From an uncultured Acidobacteriota bacterium (lineage in GTDB: Bacteria; Acidobacteriota; UBA6911): a stretch of DNA of 64,000 nucleotides. The notes beneath the pieces were generated by a model that was not told where the DNA came from, ran no database searches, and saw only the letters and a list, made by a program, of their open reading frames with translations. A program made the position numbers and the translations under genes. Positions within the stretch are counted from its first letter, which is position 1, and each line of letters starts with the position of its first letter. The stretch covers positions 928,001-992,000 of the forward strand of contig CAWEJX010000020.1 in NCBI GenBank assembly GCA_963809485.1, read 5' to 3'. This document shows, piece by piece, positions 49,622 through 59,741 of the stretch.

Positions 49622-52600
49622 TCACTCCCCCCCAATCAACCCCAGCTCCGCTGCGGCATCCACTATCTCCGCTGCAGCGGGCGCCGCTGCGCGGCCGCCA
49701 TAGCGGCCGTTTTCGATCAGCACGGCAAATGCGATTCTGCGAACGTTTGAACCGTAGGGCGCAAATCCGATAAACCATGCATGCGCCGGCCGGTTGCGAA
49801 GCTCGGCCGTTCCGGTTTTGCCGGCAACAGGGGTTCCGGATACGCCCGCCGATCTGCCTGTTCCTTCCGTAACCACACGCCTCATAAATCCCGCTATTAT
49901 GGCGGCCTGATCCGCGGGAAGACAAGCCTTTGAAGCAGGCATCGCTTCTGCGGGCACGATCCGCCAGGGCACAACCATCCCCTGGTTGGCGATGGCGCCG
50001 GCGACACGCGCCATTTGCAGCGGTGAAGCCACAACCTGCCCCTGCCCGTAGGACGCCTGCGGAAGCGCGTCCTTGAGCTGTTCGGCCGTGTTTGGCGAGG
50101 CTACGCGTATGCCAAAAAAATCTGCAGCGCGCAGAAGTGCGTCAGCGCCCGCCACGAAAGTGCCCAACTGGGCAAAGTAGGCATTGCACGAAACGATCAA
50201 TCCCCTGGCCATATCCACGTGGCCGTGAGGCTCTTTGTCGAGGATATCGTCGCGGATAGGCTTGCCCCATCCCCGAACGTAATTGCCGACACGGCCATCG
50301 CGAAGGCGCTTGCATTCGAAAGTGGATGTAACCGCATCAGGCCGCGACGCCATGGCCGCCATCGATGTCACCAGCTTAAAAGAAGATCCCGGAGGATAGA
50401 GGCCGTATCTTGCCCGGTCCAGGAGGCTTCGGTTTGCCGCCAGACCGCCGGCAGCCGGATCCGATTCGGCCCAATCCCTATCCGGGGAGAAAACGCCCTC
50501 CCATGGATAGCTGACCGATGCCAGCAGGTCTCCCGTTTCCGGATCGATCACGACCGCGGCACCCGCGCTCATACCGGCAGCCAGGATGTGCTTTCGCAGA
50601 ATCGCGGCTGTCCGCGATTGCAGCCTGATGTCGACCGACAGGCGCATATCCCGGTTTCGCTCCAGGATCTGCCGCACCGCTTTCTTGTCAGGCCGGTACC
50701 GGTACCGGACCAAGGGCGCCAGAATGCTCAGATCGCGGCGCATCGTTGCATATTCCGGCCCGCCCGGCCGATCGCGAACCTTTACCAGGATTGCCCGGTC
50801 GTCGTATCCCTGAAGGACCACATTCCAATCCCGCTCCACGTAGGAAGTGTTGGGCGCGCCCCAGTTCATACGGCTGGGCAGGTCGCCCAGCAGGTGGAAG
50901 GCCAGCGACCCGAAAGGATAATAGCGCCCGGCGCCGGATTTTGTGGTCTGCTCCAGGTCGATATCCATCATGCTGTACTGTGCGCGGAAGGACCTGAGCA
51001 GCGGCTCGGAATCTGTGGCCAGAGGTATGCCGTTCCGGTCGTAAATGGTTCCGCGCGGTATGCGGCGCATTACCTCGAAGATACGGGGATTATGGGTGTA
51101 CCGCCGATGCCCGTCCCCTTGCACAACCAGCGCGGCGCGTCCCAGGAAGCGATCGGCGTTAAACACCTGCACCCGCGCCGCTTGTGCCGAAATCAAAATG
51201 CCCAGGGCCGCCAGAAAGCCGCCGATCCAATAGATTTGCTTGCGGAAGGGCGCCTGGCATTCGGATCCGGCCGCGTATCTGGACAATGAAGCCAGTATGC
51301 CCAAAAGCACGAAACTGCAAATCGTGGAGGACTTGCCGTAATTAATAAACGGAGTCACGACGCCCGATAAGGGCGCGACTCCCAGGATTCCGGCCGAAAT
51401 GAATGCCGCCTGCAATCCGATCAGCAGCGCCGCGGAGATGCCCAGAAACAGCGAGTAGGCTCCGCGGCTGCAAGCGGAAATCCTGAGAGCTCGATGCACG
51501 AGCACGGCATAAGCCAGCAGGACGCAAATCAGGCCGATAAACCCGAGTTCCTCGCCAACGGCCGCCAGAACAAGATCTGTATGAGCAGCCGGCACAGACG
51601 CAGGCTCCCCCAGTCCCAGCCCTGAGCCCCACAGACCTCCGGCGGAAAAGCTCCACAAAGACTGAGCAAGATGATCCCCTCCGGTTCTTACGTAGTTATC
51701 CCACGGCGAAAGCCACATGGAGAGGCGGGCGTAGACCGTCTGAGGAACCTTAAGCGCATAACCAATCCAAACAGCAGAAACCACAGCGGCAAAAGCAACA
51801 AGAGCGCCGGTCAGCCGGGAACGCGCCGCCGCATAGAGAATGATGAACAGCAGGCTCATGACAAGCGCCGGGCCCAGGTCCTTTTCAAGGAAGAAAAACG
51901 CGACGGCCAGAGCCACGGCCAGGATCAGCGGAACAGTGTATCGGAGCATCGGAATATCCATCCCGCGCAAAAAGCCGGGAAGGGTTCGCGGCGCCTGCCT
52001 CAGCTGGCGCAAAAACTCCCACCGGTCGGCAAAAAATCCGGCCAGAAAGAATATCAGCAGCAACTTGATGAACTCGACCGGCTGGAACTGAACGGGCCCG
52101 ATCTGCAGGTTGATCCTGGCATCGCTGACCCCGGGCCCGGATCCGAAGAGAATCAGGACGATGGAGAGGAGAAAGCTGAGCACGAGGGGAACATAGGCCA
52201 GCCGTCTCAAAGGGGACCGCTCATAGTCCGGGATGCTTGCCAGGAACGCAAGGATACATCCCATTCCCACGCCTATCGCGAAATCGGGAAACAATAAAGC
52301 ATCGCGCAACGGATCGCGCAGACGAATCATCATCAGGAATCCGAAGCCGCTCAATAAATGCACGGCGGGCAGAAGGAGTGGATCCCCGCCCAATCGTCGG
52401 AAGCGCCAGGCGACGTGAAGCGCGTAAAATCCCAGGAAGTAAACCGTGCCATAGACCAAGACGAGATTGTGGAACCGGCCGGTTGTGCGCACACAAAGAA
52501 AAGGACGCAGCTGTCTCATCTGCCCGGGCGTCAGAAGAGGGAAAGTGTCTCCCTCCTCGCGGGGCCGCTTTAGCAGCTCTTTATAAAGGCTCAAGCCGCT

Positions 52601-52966
52601 GGCTCTTTCGACCTGGTTCCGGCTGACACGTATCTGCCGCAATTCGCTTACACTTTCCAGGCGGCCACGGTCTCCAATATAGGCCAGGATGCTGCGGGCG
52701 GCCAAACCGCGATCCTGCGGATCCTCCAAAAAAAGAAGCGCCGCCTGAAGATCGGCAGAAGACTGGAGGTTGTTCAGGTCCAAAAGCTTTCCGCCCGGAG
52801 CTGAAGGCGCCGCCGTTTCGGCTTGACGGGATTGCGCCAGGAGAACTAATCCGATTCCCAGCACCAGCGCGGTCGAAACCAGCGCCAGCAGAAGAAATTC
52901 CGGCCTTCTGCCCGAGAAAGATCCTGGTTTGACGCGATCGGCAGCCGAACTTCGGGTTATAGCCAT
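49622..52966 (-). CDS. SEDS glycosyltransferase (FtsW/RodA) fused to a penicillin-binding transpeptidase
   Basis: QPVEFIKL, KDLG, HTDLV..GEELG; then RGTIYDRNG, GSSFK (SxxK), SCN (SxN), KTGT. Confidence 0.92.
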   Translation of the reverse strand: MAITRSSAADRVKPGSFSGRRPEFLLLALVSTALVLGIGLVLLAQSRQAETAAPSAPGGKLLDLNNLQSSADLQAALLFLEDPQDRGLAARSILAYIGDRGRLESVSELRQIRVSRNQVERASGLSLYKELLKRPREEGDTFPLLTPGQMRQLRPFLCVRTTGRFHNLVLVYGTVYFLGFYALHVAWRFRRLGGDPLLLPAVHLLSGFGFLMMIRLRDPLRDALLFPDFAIGVGMGCILAFLASIPDYERSPLRRLAYVPLVLSFLLSIVLILFGSGPGVSDARINLQIGPVQFQPVEFIKLLLIFFLAGFFADRWEFLRQLRQAPRTLPGFLRGMDIPMLRYTVPLILAVALAVAFFFLEKDLGPALVMSLLFIILYAAARSRLTGALVAFAAVVSAVWIGYALKVPQTVYARLSMWLSPWDNYVRTGGDHLAQSLWSFSAGGLWGSGLGLGEPASVPAAHTDLVLAAVGEELGFIGLICVLLAYAVLVHRALRISACSRGAYSLFLGISAALLIGLQAAFISAGILGVAPLSGVVTPFINYGKSSTICSFVLLGILASLSRYAAGSECQAPFRKQIYWIGGFLAALGILISAQAARVQVFNADRFLGRAALVVQGDGHRRYTHNPRIFEVMRRIPRGTIYDRNGIPLATDSEPLLRSFRAQYSMMDIDLEQTTKSGAGRYYPFGSLAFHLLGDLPSRMNWGAPNTSYVERDWNVVLQGYDDRAILVKVRDRPGGPEYATMRRDLSILAPLVRYRYRPDKKAVRQILERNRDMRLSVDIRLQSRTAAILRKHILAAGMSAGAAVVIDPETGDLLASVSYPWEGVFSPDRDWAESDPAAGGLAANRSLLDRARYGLYPPGSSFKLVTSMAAMASRPDAVTSTFECKRLRDGRVGNYVRGWGKPIRDDILDKEPHGHVDMARGLIVSCNAYFAQLGTFVAGADALLRAADFFGIRVASPNTAEQLKDALPQASYGQGQVVASPLQMARVAGAIANQGMVVPWRIVPAEAMPASKACLPADQAAIIAGFMRRVVTEGTGRSAGVSGTPVAGKTGTAELRNRPAHAWFIGFAPYGSNVRRIAFAVLIENGRYGGRAAAPAAAEIVDAAAELGLIGGE

Positions 52967-53115
52967 GCCTTTTTCTCACGGGTGCGGCATCGCGCACTCC
53001 AAAATGAACCTGATTGACGACGGCCGGATTCCCGGAGATTCCGCGCCTCAGCGTGACACGCTTTTTCCCTTTGCAGCATTGAGCTTTTCAATACCTTTTC
53101 CGCAAATGGGCTCCG

Positions 53116-54981
53116 CTATTTGATCCAGTTCCAGGGCAAAAGAGGATTGGGCGGATCCACTTCTTTTCTCCGCTGTTCCACTTTGGCCAGCGAATCCTGA
53201 ACACTCAGGATCTGCGTCGTGCTGTTCCCCCACGGAGCTATCTGCATATAGGCTTTGAGCGCGTCGTTGAAATCATCGCGTGCCATTTTCAAGAACTCCT
53301 TCTCCTGGTCCGTATCGCGAACCTTGTTCGCGTTGTCCCAGTCCTGCAGCCCTCGATTTCTATGGGCCTCTCCCAACATCGCGTATTCTCTCTTGCCGAA
53401 GCTATGCCCCAATTGCTGCGCACGCTCCAGGGCCTGCGTGCCGCGGTCCATGTCGCTCAGATAATAAATATAAGTCCGCGCCAGGCCCAGATAGGGGTCC
53501 GGCCATCCGGGCTGGAACGATGCCGCCCGCTGGAAAGCCGCGACCGCATCCATGCCTTTGCGGTTGATCCGCAGGATATGGCCATCGGCATATTCATACA
53601 TTGCCGCCGATCTCCGGTTGGCCGGATCGAGTTGCATCGCGCGCGACATGCTGCGTTTGCACCGCATCCAGTCCCCTTCCCGGACTCTGGGCGTATCGCT
53701 GTTGCGATATTCGCTGCAGGCGCGGTCGCAGGATTCCTGCAAAAGGTTCAGGAGCGGCTCGCGCAAGACCAGTGTTCCGCTGCCAAGCGGGCTGGAACGG
53801 CGGATCTGTTCGTACCGCTCCCAGGCTTCATCCCCGTCCAGCTTTTCCGCCACAAAATCCGGTCTAAGCCGGATCGCGGAACGGACTTCGATCATTTCCC
53901 ATATCCCAAGGCCGGCCAGCAAGGCCAGTACCGCTACCAGTATCAAAACTTCCCGTCGGGATAATAAATGCCGCAATTTACCGTAAAGCGGCCGCGCCCG
54001 CTTCCCGGCGACCGATGCGGGTTCCGCCTTTTGCGCCGGATTTTCTCCGGCCGTGCGTCGCGTTTCTTCGGCATCCGCGAATTGGGTCCTGCGCGTCTCC
54101 TCATTTTCCCGGGCCGCAGCGGTGGGATTGCCCGACAGCCATGCATCAAGATCGCTTTTGAAATCCGAGGCATTCGGGTACCGGCTTTCGGGATTGGCCG
54201 CCAGTGCTTTACAGATGATCTGCCTCAGGATTTCCGGGCATCGCTCGCCGGGAGGCCGCAGAGTGCCTCGTGTCCGTATGATTGTTTCCAGCCGTTCCGT
54301 GCTGCCGGCCTCGAATGGAAGCCTTCCTTCTATCATTTCATACAACACGATCCCCACCGACCAGAGATCCGACCTCTCGTCGATGCGCCCCGTTTCGAGC
54401 CTTTCCGGCGACGAATACGCGACACTGCCGAACACGTTGCTCGTCAGCTTGCGCGTAATCGACAGGCCCTTGGCTATGCCGAAATCGAGCACGCGCACCT
54501 GCCCCGTAGTATCGATCCGGATGTTCCTGGGTTTGATGTCTCCGTGCACGATGGCGCGGATTTCGCGGCCCTCGACCTGGAGCGTCATTCCGTGCGCATG
54601 GGTCAGGATGTCGCAAAGCTCCACCGCAATTCTGGCAGCAAGCTCCGGCTCGATATTTCCGGCGCTGATCAGCGCGGACAGGTCATTCCCCTCGATGAAA
54701 TCCATCTCGATGAAGAAATATCCGTCGAGATCGCCAAAGGCATGAATACGCGGTACGCGGGGGTCTTTGAGGCTGACCTGACGCTGCAGTTCCGCGCCCA
54801 GACGCTCAGCGTCCAGGATTTCCCTGGCTTCAGGTCCATCTCCACGTTCGACAAGCTTGAGCGCGACGCGCAGGTTGCTTTTCCGGTCCAGCGCCAGGTA
54901 GACATCCGCCATGCCGCCGCGTCCCAGCTTTTCGAGAATCTGATAATCGCCAATATCCTGCAGGACGCTTCTCATAACCAT
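53116..54981 (-). CDS. Hanks-type Ser/Thr protein kinase with TM and C-terminal TPR-like region
   Basis: LGRGGMADVY, VALK, HGDIKPRN, DFGIA, SPE, DLWSVG. Confidence 0.92.
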   Translation of the reverse strand: MVMRSVLQDIGDYQILEKLGRGGMADVYLALDRKSNLRVALKLVERGDGPEAREILDAERLGAELQRQVSLKDPRVPRIHAFGDLDGYFFIEMDFIEGNDLSALISAGNIEPELAARIAVELCDILTHAHGMTLQVEGREIRAIVHGDIKPRNIRIDTTGQVRVLDFGIAKGLSITRKLTSNVFGSVAYSSPERLETGRIDERSDLWSVGIVLYEMIEGRLPFEAGSTERLETIIRTRGTLRPPGERCPEILRQIICKALAANPESRYPNASDFKSDLDAWLSGNPTAAARENEETRRTQFADAEETRRTAGENPAQKAEPASVAGKRARPLYGKLRHLLSRREVLILVAVLALLAGLGIWEMIEVRSAIRLRPDFVAEKLDGDEAWERYEQIRRSSPLGSGTLVLREPLLNLLQESCDRACSEYRNSDTPRVREGDWMRCKRSMSRAMQLDPANRRSAAMYEYADGHILRINRKGMDAVAAFQRAASFQPGWPDPYLGLARTYIYYLSDMDRGTQALERAQQLGHSFGKREYAMLGEAHRNRGLQDWDNANKVRDTDQEKEFLKMARDDFNDALKAYMQIAPWGNSTTQILSVQDSLAKVEQRRKEVDPPNPLLPWNWIK

Positions 54982-54983
54982 GG

Positions 54984-55386
54984 AATCAGGTACCTCCGGC
55001 AAAGCCGGAGGCTTGAAAGATTTGAACCGCTCAAAGCGGTTGGAGGAGTTACGCCGGTCTTGAACGCTGACTTACGCGGGCAAAAGCCGATGAGGCGCTT
55101 CCGATCCCCGCAGGGGCCAGCGCTCCGCGCTGGACAGTTTTCTGCGGCGGCACTGTGGCAAGCGCCGTGCGGCAAGGAGATGAAGGGTTTGAGAAACCGG
55201 GCGTTTGTCACAGTGCCGCCGCAGAAAACTCCATCGGAAGCGCCTCATCGGCTTTTGCTCGCCGACCCTCGCCGAACAAATCGGCGTTTGTCAGCGCTTT
55301 TATCAGCGTTTCTCAGCGTTTCAAAATACGGAGCTGTCAAACTCTTTGAGTCCCCCGGCAGAGCCGGGGGTTTACCAATGTAATTA
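54984..55386 (-). mobile_element. IS200-ended palindromic element, long form
   Basis: Near-identical to 19291-19692; lies between the PP2C and kinase genes. Confidence 0.8.
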
Positions 55387-55440
55387 CGGGAAGACCACTC
55401 AGCTCCGATGCTGCCTTTGCCGGAACGCATTCCGCAAAGA

Positions 55441-57111
55441 TCATTGCCGCACATTCTCCACAACAACGGCTCTGGCGTTTCTGCCCGGGCCGATGAACAG
55501 GTTATCCGTCATCTTTTCCTTAAGCTCCGGCCGCTGCAGCCGGATCGCTTCCGCGCCGTTGCCGGAAAAAACATTTCGTTTCACTTCGGGATTCGACTGG
55601 CCTGTCAAATAGAGTCCGGGGCTTTTCTGCCCCCGCTTTGTGCCATTCGCGTGCACCACATTCCCAATCAGGAAGGGACTCGCAGTGTCGCTTATGATGA
55701 TGCCCGGACCCGAGTTGGCATGCACGAAGGTGGCCGCAATGATACCGGCAGAGTTGCCGTCAATCAGGATGCCGGCGCGCGCTGCTCCCGAAATCTCCAT
55801 GTTGGAGAGATTCACCTTCGAGTTCGAAATACGTATCCCGTAAGGGAGAGCGGAGCCGGCCTCGGCTTTGATTGCCAGTCCCGAGACACTGGCCTGGCCG
55901 ATTGCGTCAGCCGCAATCGCGGCATCCATGCCGGGAAGCGCTTTCACCAGGCGCAGGACCGCTTTACCCGGAGAGCGCGCGGCGATATCGACGCCGTCCT
56001 TCAGATGGATCAATTCCTCATACTCTCCGTCGCCGACTTCGATGCGATCGCCGCTTCGCGCGGCCTCCATCGCCCGGGTAATGGTCGGGAATTCCGGACT
56101 GGCAGGTTCAACTTTCAGCACTCTGGGCATTTGAACAGCAGGGACAGGCTCCGGCTCATTGGCAGCCGGCGCACGGTAGCGATGCCACCCGGCTGCCAGG
56201 ACCAGGCCTGCCAACAAGCCCAGGAACAGGAAAGCCCAACGTCCCTGCAGATATGAAGCCCGTGAATCGCCGGACACGAGCTTTTGCTTACCCGGCGCCC
56301 CGCCGGCCCCTTCCGTTTCTCCAGGATATCCGGGACAGGCCGCAGCGAAATTCCCGGCTTCGACCACAATGACAGAAATATTGTCCTTCCCGCCTGCGGC
56401 ATTCGCCTGCCGGATCAACTGCCGGACGCTGTCCTCCGGCCGGCCCGCATTTCGGGTCACCGCGCGAAGTATTTCGTCGGACGCGATCATGTCGCTGAGA
56501 CCGTCCGAGCACAGGACAAGCGCAGCGTCGTTCTCGAATGGTATTTGTGTGTAGTCAATGAAATCGTCATCCTCGGGCTTATGCAACCGGGAGCCGACGT
56601 CGCGAAACACCTCGTTGCGTCTGGGATGGCTTTGAGCCTCCAGTTCAGAAAGCTCACCTGCATCTTCCCGCTGTCCCACCGGTGAATGGTCCGATGTGAC
56701 TTTGAGGATTTGCCCGTTGAGAATCTTATAGAGCCTTGAGTCGCCTACATGCCCGATGTGCAGAATCCCGTCCTCGAGAACGGCGGCTGTAAGAACACAG
56801 GCCATCCCACGCCACGTCGGATTTCGTTCAGCAAGGTGGAAAATATCATTGTTCGCTGCGGCAATTGCCTCTCTGAGCCTGCGGGCGACGGTTCCGGTCT
56901 CCTGGTGCAGCCGGGTCTTTATCGCATCGATCGCCCGCTGGGCGGCGACCTCGCCTGCAGCTTCGCCTCCCATTCCGTCGGCGACGACGAATATGCCCCG
57001 CTCTGCTTCGCAGAGAATCCGGTCTTCGTTATTGTCCCGTTTCCTGCCAGGATCTGTTCCGCCAAAAGCTTTCCAGCCTGGAGAGGGATCCGAATTTTTC
57101 ACCTGGGTCAT
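55441..57111 (-). CDS. PP2C-family Ser/Thr phosphatase with TM and extracytoplasmic beta-helix domain
   Basis: NED, VADGMGG, HVGDSR, CSDGL, GGKDN; then TM and parallel beta-helix repeats. Confidence 0.92.
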   Translation of the reverse strand: MTQVKNSDPSPGWKAFGGTDPGRKRDNNEDRILCEAERGIFVVADGMGGEAAGEVAAQRAIDAIKTRLHQETGTVARRLREAIAAANNDIFHLAERNPTWRGMACVLTAAVLEDGILHIGHVGDSRLYKILNGQILKVTSDHSPVGQREDAGELSELEAQSHPRRNEVFRDVGSRLHKPEDDDFIDYTQIPFENDAALVLCSDGLSDMIASDEILRAVTRNAGRPEDSVRQLIRQANAAGGKDNISVIVVEAGNFAAACPGYPGETEGAGGAPGKQKLVSGDSRASYLQGRWAFLFLGLLAGLVLAAGWHRYRAPAANEPEPVPAVQMPRVLKVEPASPEFPTITRAMEAARSGDRIEVGDGEYEELIHLKDGVDIAARSPGKAVLRLVKALPGMDAAIAADAIGQASVSGLAIKAEAGSALPYGIRISNSKVNLSNMEISGAARAGILIDGNSAGIIAATFVHANSGPGIIISDTASPFLIGNVVHANGTKRGQKSPGLYLTGQSNPEVKRNVFSGNGAEAIRLQRPELKEKMTDNLFIGPGRNARAVVVENVRQ

Positions 57112-57209
57112 CTCGAACGGATAGTTTTGACGTGAACGTAAATCAGGACAGCCAGAGCCACGGCCATCACAAACAGGAATCCATACCGCATCAAGTAAAG
57201 GAAACTCAT
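57108..57209 (-). CDS. 33-aa single-TM microprotein (not in the ORF track)
   Basis: MSFLYLMRYGFLFVMAVALAVLIYVHVKTIRSR; ATGA overlaps with both neighbours. Confidence 0.7.
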   Translation of the reverse strand: MSFLYLMRYGFLFVMAVALAVLIYVHVKTIRSR

Positions 57210-58000
57210 AGCTGTCGGAATTCCAGCGTCACCCGGTCAGCCAGCGATATCTTAGCCTGAGAGGGCAGGCGCACCCATTCCTTCGGGCTGAGCTTCTTGT
57301 CGTTGACCAAAGTGCCGAACTTGCTGACGTCCTGTATAAAGAAGTCTCGCGTTGCCGGATCCTGCCGCAGGTAAAAGTGCTTGCGGGAGATATCTGCCGG
57401 TCCTTCGAGCTCTAGATCGCAAAATTCGTTTCGACCGCCCCGTCCCACGGAAATTTCCGTGCCGGTCATCAGATATTCCCGATCCTCGCCATCCTTGTCC
57501 TTATAGGAAAGCGAGGCAAGCGCAGGAGCGTCCTCTCTTCTCGCCTCTTCCTGATACCTCCTGAGCTTCCTCGTCTCTCCCCCGGAGCGGATGGTTTCAG
57601 ATCGCTGCGTTTTGGAGCCGGCGCCGTATGCCACTGGAGCCGGCAGTCTGAGCCTCGAATCGATTAAGATGTCCCCCGGAGACAATTCATCGTTTTCATC
57701 GATGTGGAAAACCACCAACCAGTCCTTCTCGGCGGGCTCATACCTGGAGGTTTTCGGCTTGATCCCCAGCATTGAGGGCAGTCCTTTTTTATTCAATGCG
57801 GCCAATTCATCCGTCAAAGCCTGGATGCTCTCGTCCCTGATCCGGGGTAAAATGGCCGAAAGTCGTTCATAATCCTCGCGATGCAGGTAAACGTCATAGC
57901 GGCTGGGGACCAGGGTGCTGTAAAGCAGCGGTTCGACCGACTCGCGCAGGTTGTCTAAAATGGCGAGAATAACATCTCTTCCTGTGGCTTTGGTATCCAT
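57206..58000 (-). CDS. FHA domain protein (FhaA-like, DUF3662-type N-domain)
   Basis: VPSRYDVYLH N-domain; VGRGG..ISRKH..SKFGT FHA motifs. Confidence 0.87.
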   Translation of the reverse strand: MDTKATGRDVILAILDNLRESVEPLLYSTLVPSRYDVYLHREDYERLSAILPRIRDESIQALTDELAALNKKGLPSMLGIKPKTSRYEPAEKDWLVVFHIDENDELSPGDILIDSRLRLPAPVAYGAGSKTQRSETIRSGGETRKLRRYQEEARREDAPALASLSYKDKDGEDREYLMTGTEISVGRGGRNEFCDLELEGPADISRKHFYLRQDPATRDFFIQDVSKFGTLVNDKKLSPKEWVRLPSQAKISLADRVTLEFRQL

Positions 58001-58063
58001 CTGGGAATCCCGAATAGAGTTTATCATTTTTTGGCTTGAGCGGCTTTGAAGAAACCGGATGTC

Positions 58064-58480
58064 TCATTCATCCGGAATCCTGTTGCGGCGAAGCTTCTTC
58101 AGGTCGGAGCGGCGCTTCTTGTCCTTCAGCCGCCGGACTTTGGAAGCGCCGGTCGGCCGCGACCTGCGCCGGATTGCGGGGGGGATGCTTGCCCTTTCTA
58201 TCAGCTGCATCAGCCGCTGCACGGCATCTTCCCGGTTGCGCTGCTGCGTGCGGAACCTCCTGGCTTCAATCAGAATCTCACCCGAAGAAGTTGCACGGTT
58301 TCCCGCCAGGCGAAGAAGACGCTCGCGGATTTCCGGCGTTATCGACCTGGAATTTCGTGCATCAAAGCGAAGCTGGACGGCCGTAGCGACTTTATTGACG
58401 TTCTGGCCCCCCGGGCCGGAGGCGCGTATGAAATCGAGGTGGATGTCACCCGGGTCAATTTCAATCCGGTCCGCATTCAT
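58064..58480 (-). CDS. arfB: Alternative ribosome rescue peptidyl-tRNA hydrolase ArfB
   Basis: RASGPGGQNVNKV, RTQQRNREDA, basic C-terminal tail. Confidence 0.93.
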   Translation of the reverse strand: MNADRIEIDPGDIHLDFIRASGPGGQNVNKVATAVQLRFDARNSRSITPEIRERLLRLAGNRATSSGEILIEARRFRTQQRNREDAVQRLMQLIERASIPPAIRRRSRPTGASKVRRLKDKKRRSDLKKLRRNRIPDE

Positions 58481-58593
58481 GTTTTTTTGATGGTCGGCGT
58501 TCACGAGGTTTTGTCGGCCTATATCGCGTTATCCAAATCGGGAGCTTTTCAGTCGCCTGCGTCCCGTCGTCAGGGCAAAGCCCTGGCAATGAA

Positions 58594-59577
58594 TCAGGAA
58601 TTGGGCTTTTTGCGTGGCTTTTCAATCAAAACCGGCTCGCCTTTCGCCGGCTCTGACAGCAAGGCCGGCGGATTCGGCGGCGCAGAGGGATTCACGCCAA
58701 AGTCCCATACATACTGGTTCAAGGAGCCCTTTTCGTCCAGTTCGACCAGGGCATATTCGCCTGTCTGCAAAGGAGCTGCAGGAGTGACCTTCGCCCAGTA
58801 TTCCGAGACCGGTTCGACCTTCGCCTCAACATAGTTGGCCTTCTGCTTGACCTTGCCGTAAATTGCGATGCTGATGGTGGCCACGATGCGATTGCCCTTT
58901 TTGTTTTCGCAGCGGACAATCCGCAGATGGTTTTTTGCCGCTTCACTGGTGTACCCCATCTGGGGATCACCGGGATCGACGGCAAAATACACCGAGGGCA
59001 TCCGCACATGAGATTGAATACGAGAATTCAGTCCTTTAAGTTCCACGGTCTGTTTGGAGCCGGCTATCGGATTGATCACTCCCCGCAGGATGTTGCTTCC
59101 GGTATTTTTGTTTATATCCGCCCCATTCTGCGCCAGCCGGTTCAGCGCGGGCTGATTTTCATATTCGTCAAGCAGATAAACCCACTCGGGGGCGGGCAGC
59201 CGCACACCGGGAGCAACCAGCGGATACCGCGCCTCATCGTCTCGCCGTTCCGCAGCCACCCGTTCCAGCGCGTCGCTTTTGCGGGCGGATTCGGAAAGCG
59301 ACGCCTGGGTGGCATATGCCTGAGTCGCCGGCCAGTCGATCATGGAATTCGGCAATTCCTCCCAGGCATGGCGCTCGGAGCTGAAGTAGCGCACCCGGTC
59401 GCCTGCAACTTCATACCGGCTGATCGGCTCGTACGATCCATCCTTCAAAATCAGTCGCCTGATATCGCCCGAAGGATCCTCGACGGCTTTCGTCTGGCCG
59501 GAAGAAGCGTAAAATAGCGAAGGGATCCCGCACAAAAGCAGAATCAGGATTACCCATGGGATTCTGAAGAACCTCAT
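58594..59577 (-). CDS. Exported hypothetical protein
   Basis: Long ORF with signal peptide; RLILKDGSY..VRYFSSER..WEELP. Confidence 0.7.
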   Translation of the reverse strand: MRFFRIPWVILILLLCGIPSLFYASSGQTKAVEDPSGDIRRLILKDGSYEPISRYEVAGDRVRYFSSERHAWEELPNSMIDWPATQAYATQASLSESARKSDALERVAAERRDDEARYPLVAPGVRLPAPEWVYLLDEYENQPALNRLAQNGADINKNTGSNILRGVINPIAGSKQTVELKGLNSRIQSHVRMPSVYFAVDPGDPQMGYTSEAAKNHLRIVRCENKKGNRIVATISIAIYGKVKQKANYVEAKVEPVSEYWAKVTPAAPLQTGEYALVELDEKGSLNQYVWDFGVNPSAPPNPPALLSEPAKGEPVLIEKPRKKPNS

Positions 59578-59741
59578 AGAATTTGCCTTTTCCAGTAAGC
59601 GCACCGGAACCACCCGCACCCCTTAAGATAATCTTGATCCCTGAGAGTTTCAATCCGCCGGCAGGAAAAGCATCGAGGACGCCATCGTTTCTCTGCAGTC
59701 CGCTTATTGCCGAATAGCAGGTGCTCAATTAAGTGCAGATC

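Noticed and set aside
53968-56256. Long plus-strand ORFs (471 aa and 282 aa)
   Set aside because: Antisense to the kinase and PP2C genes and run through the repeat element
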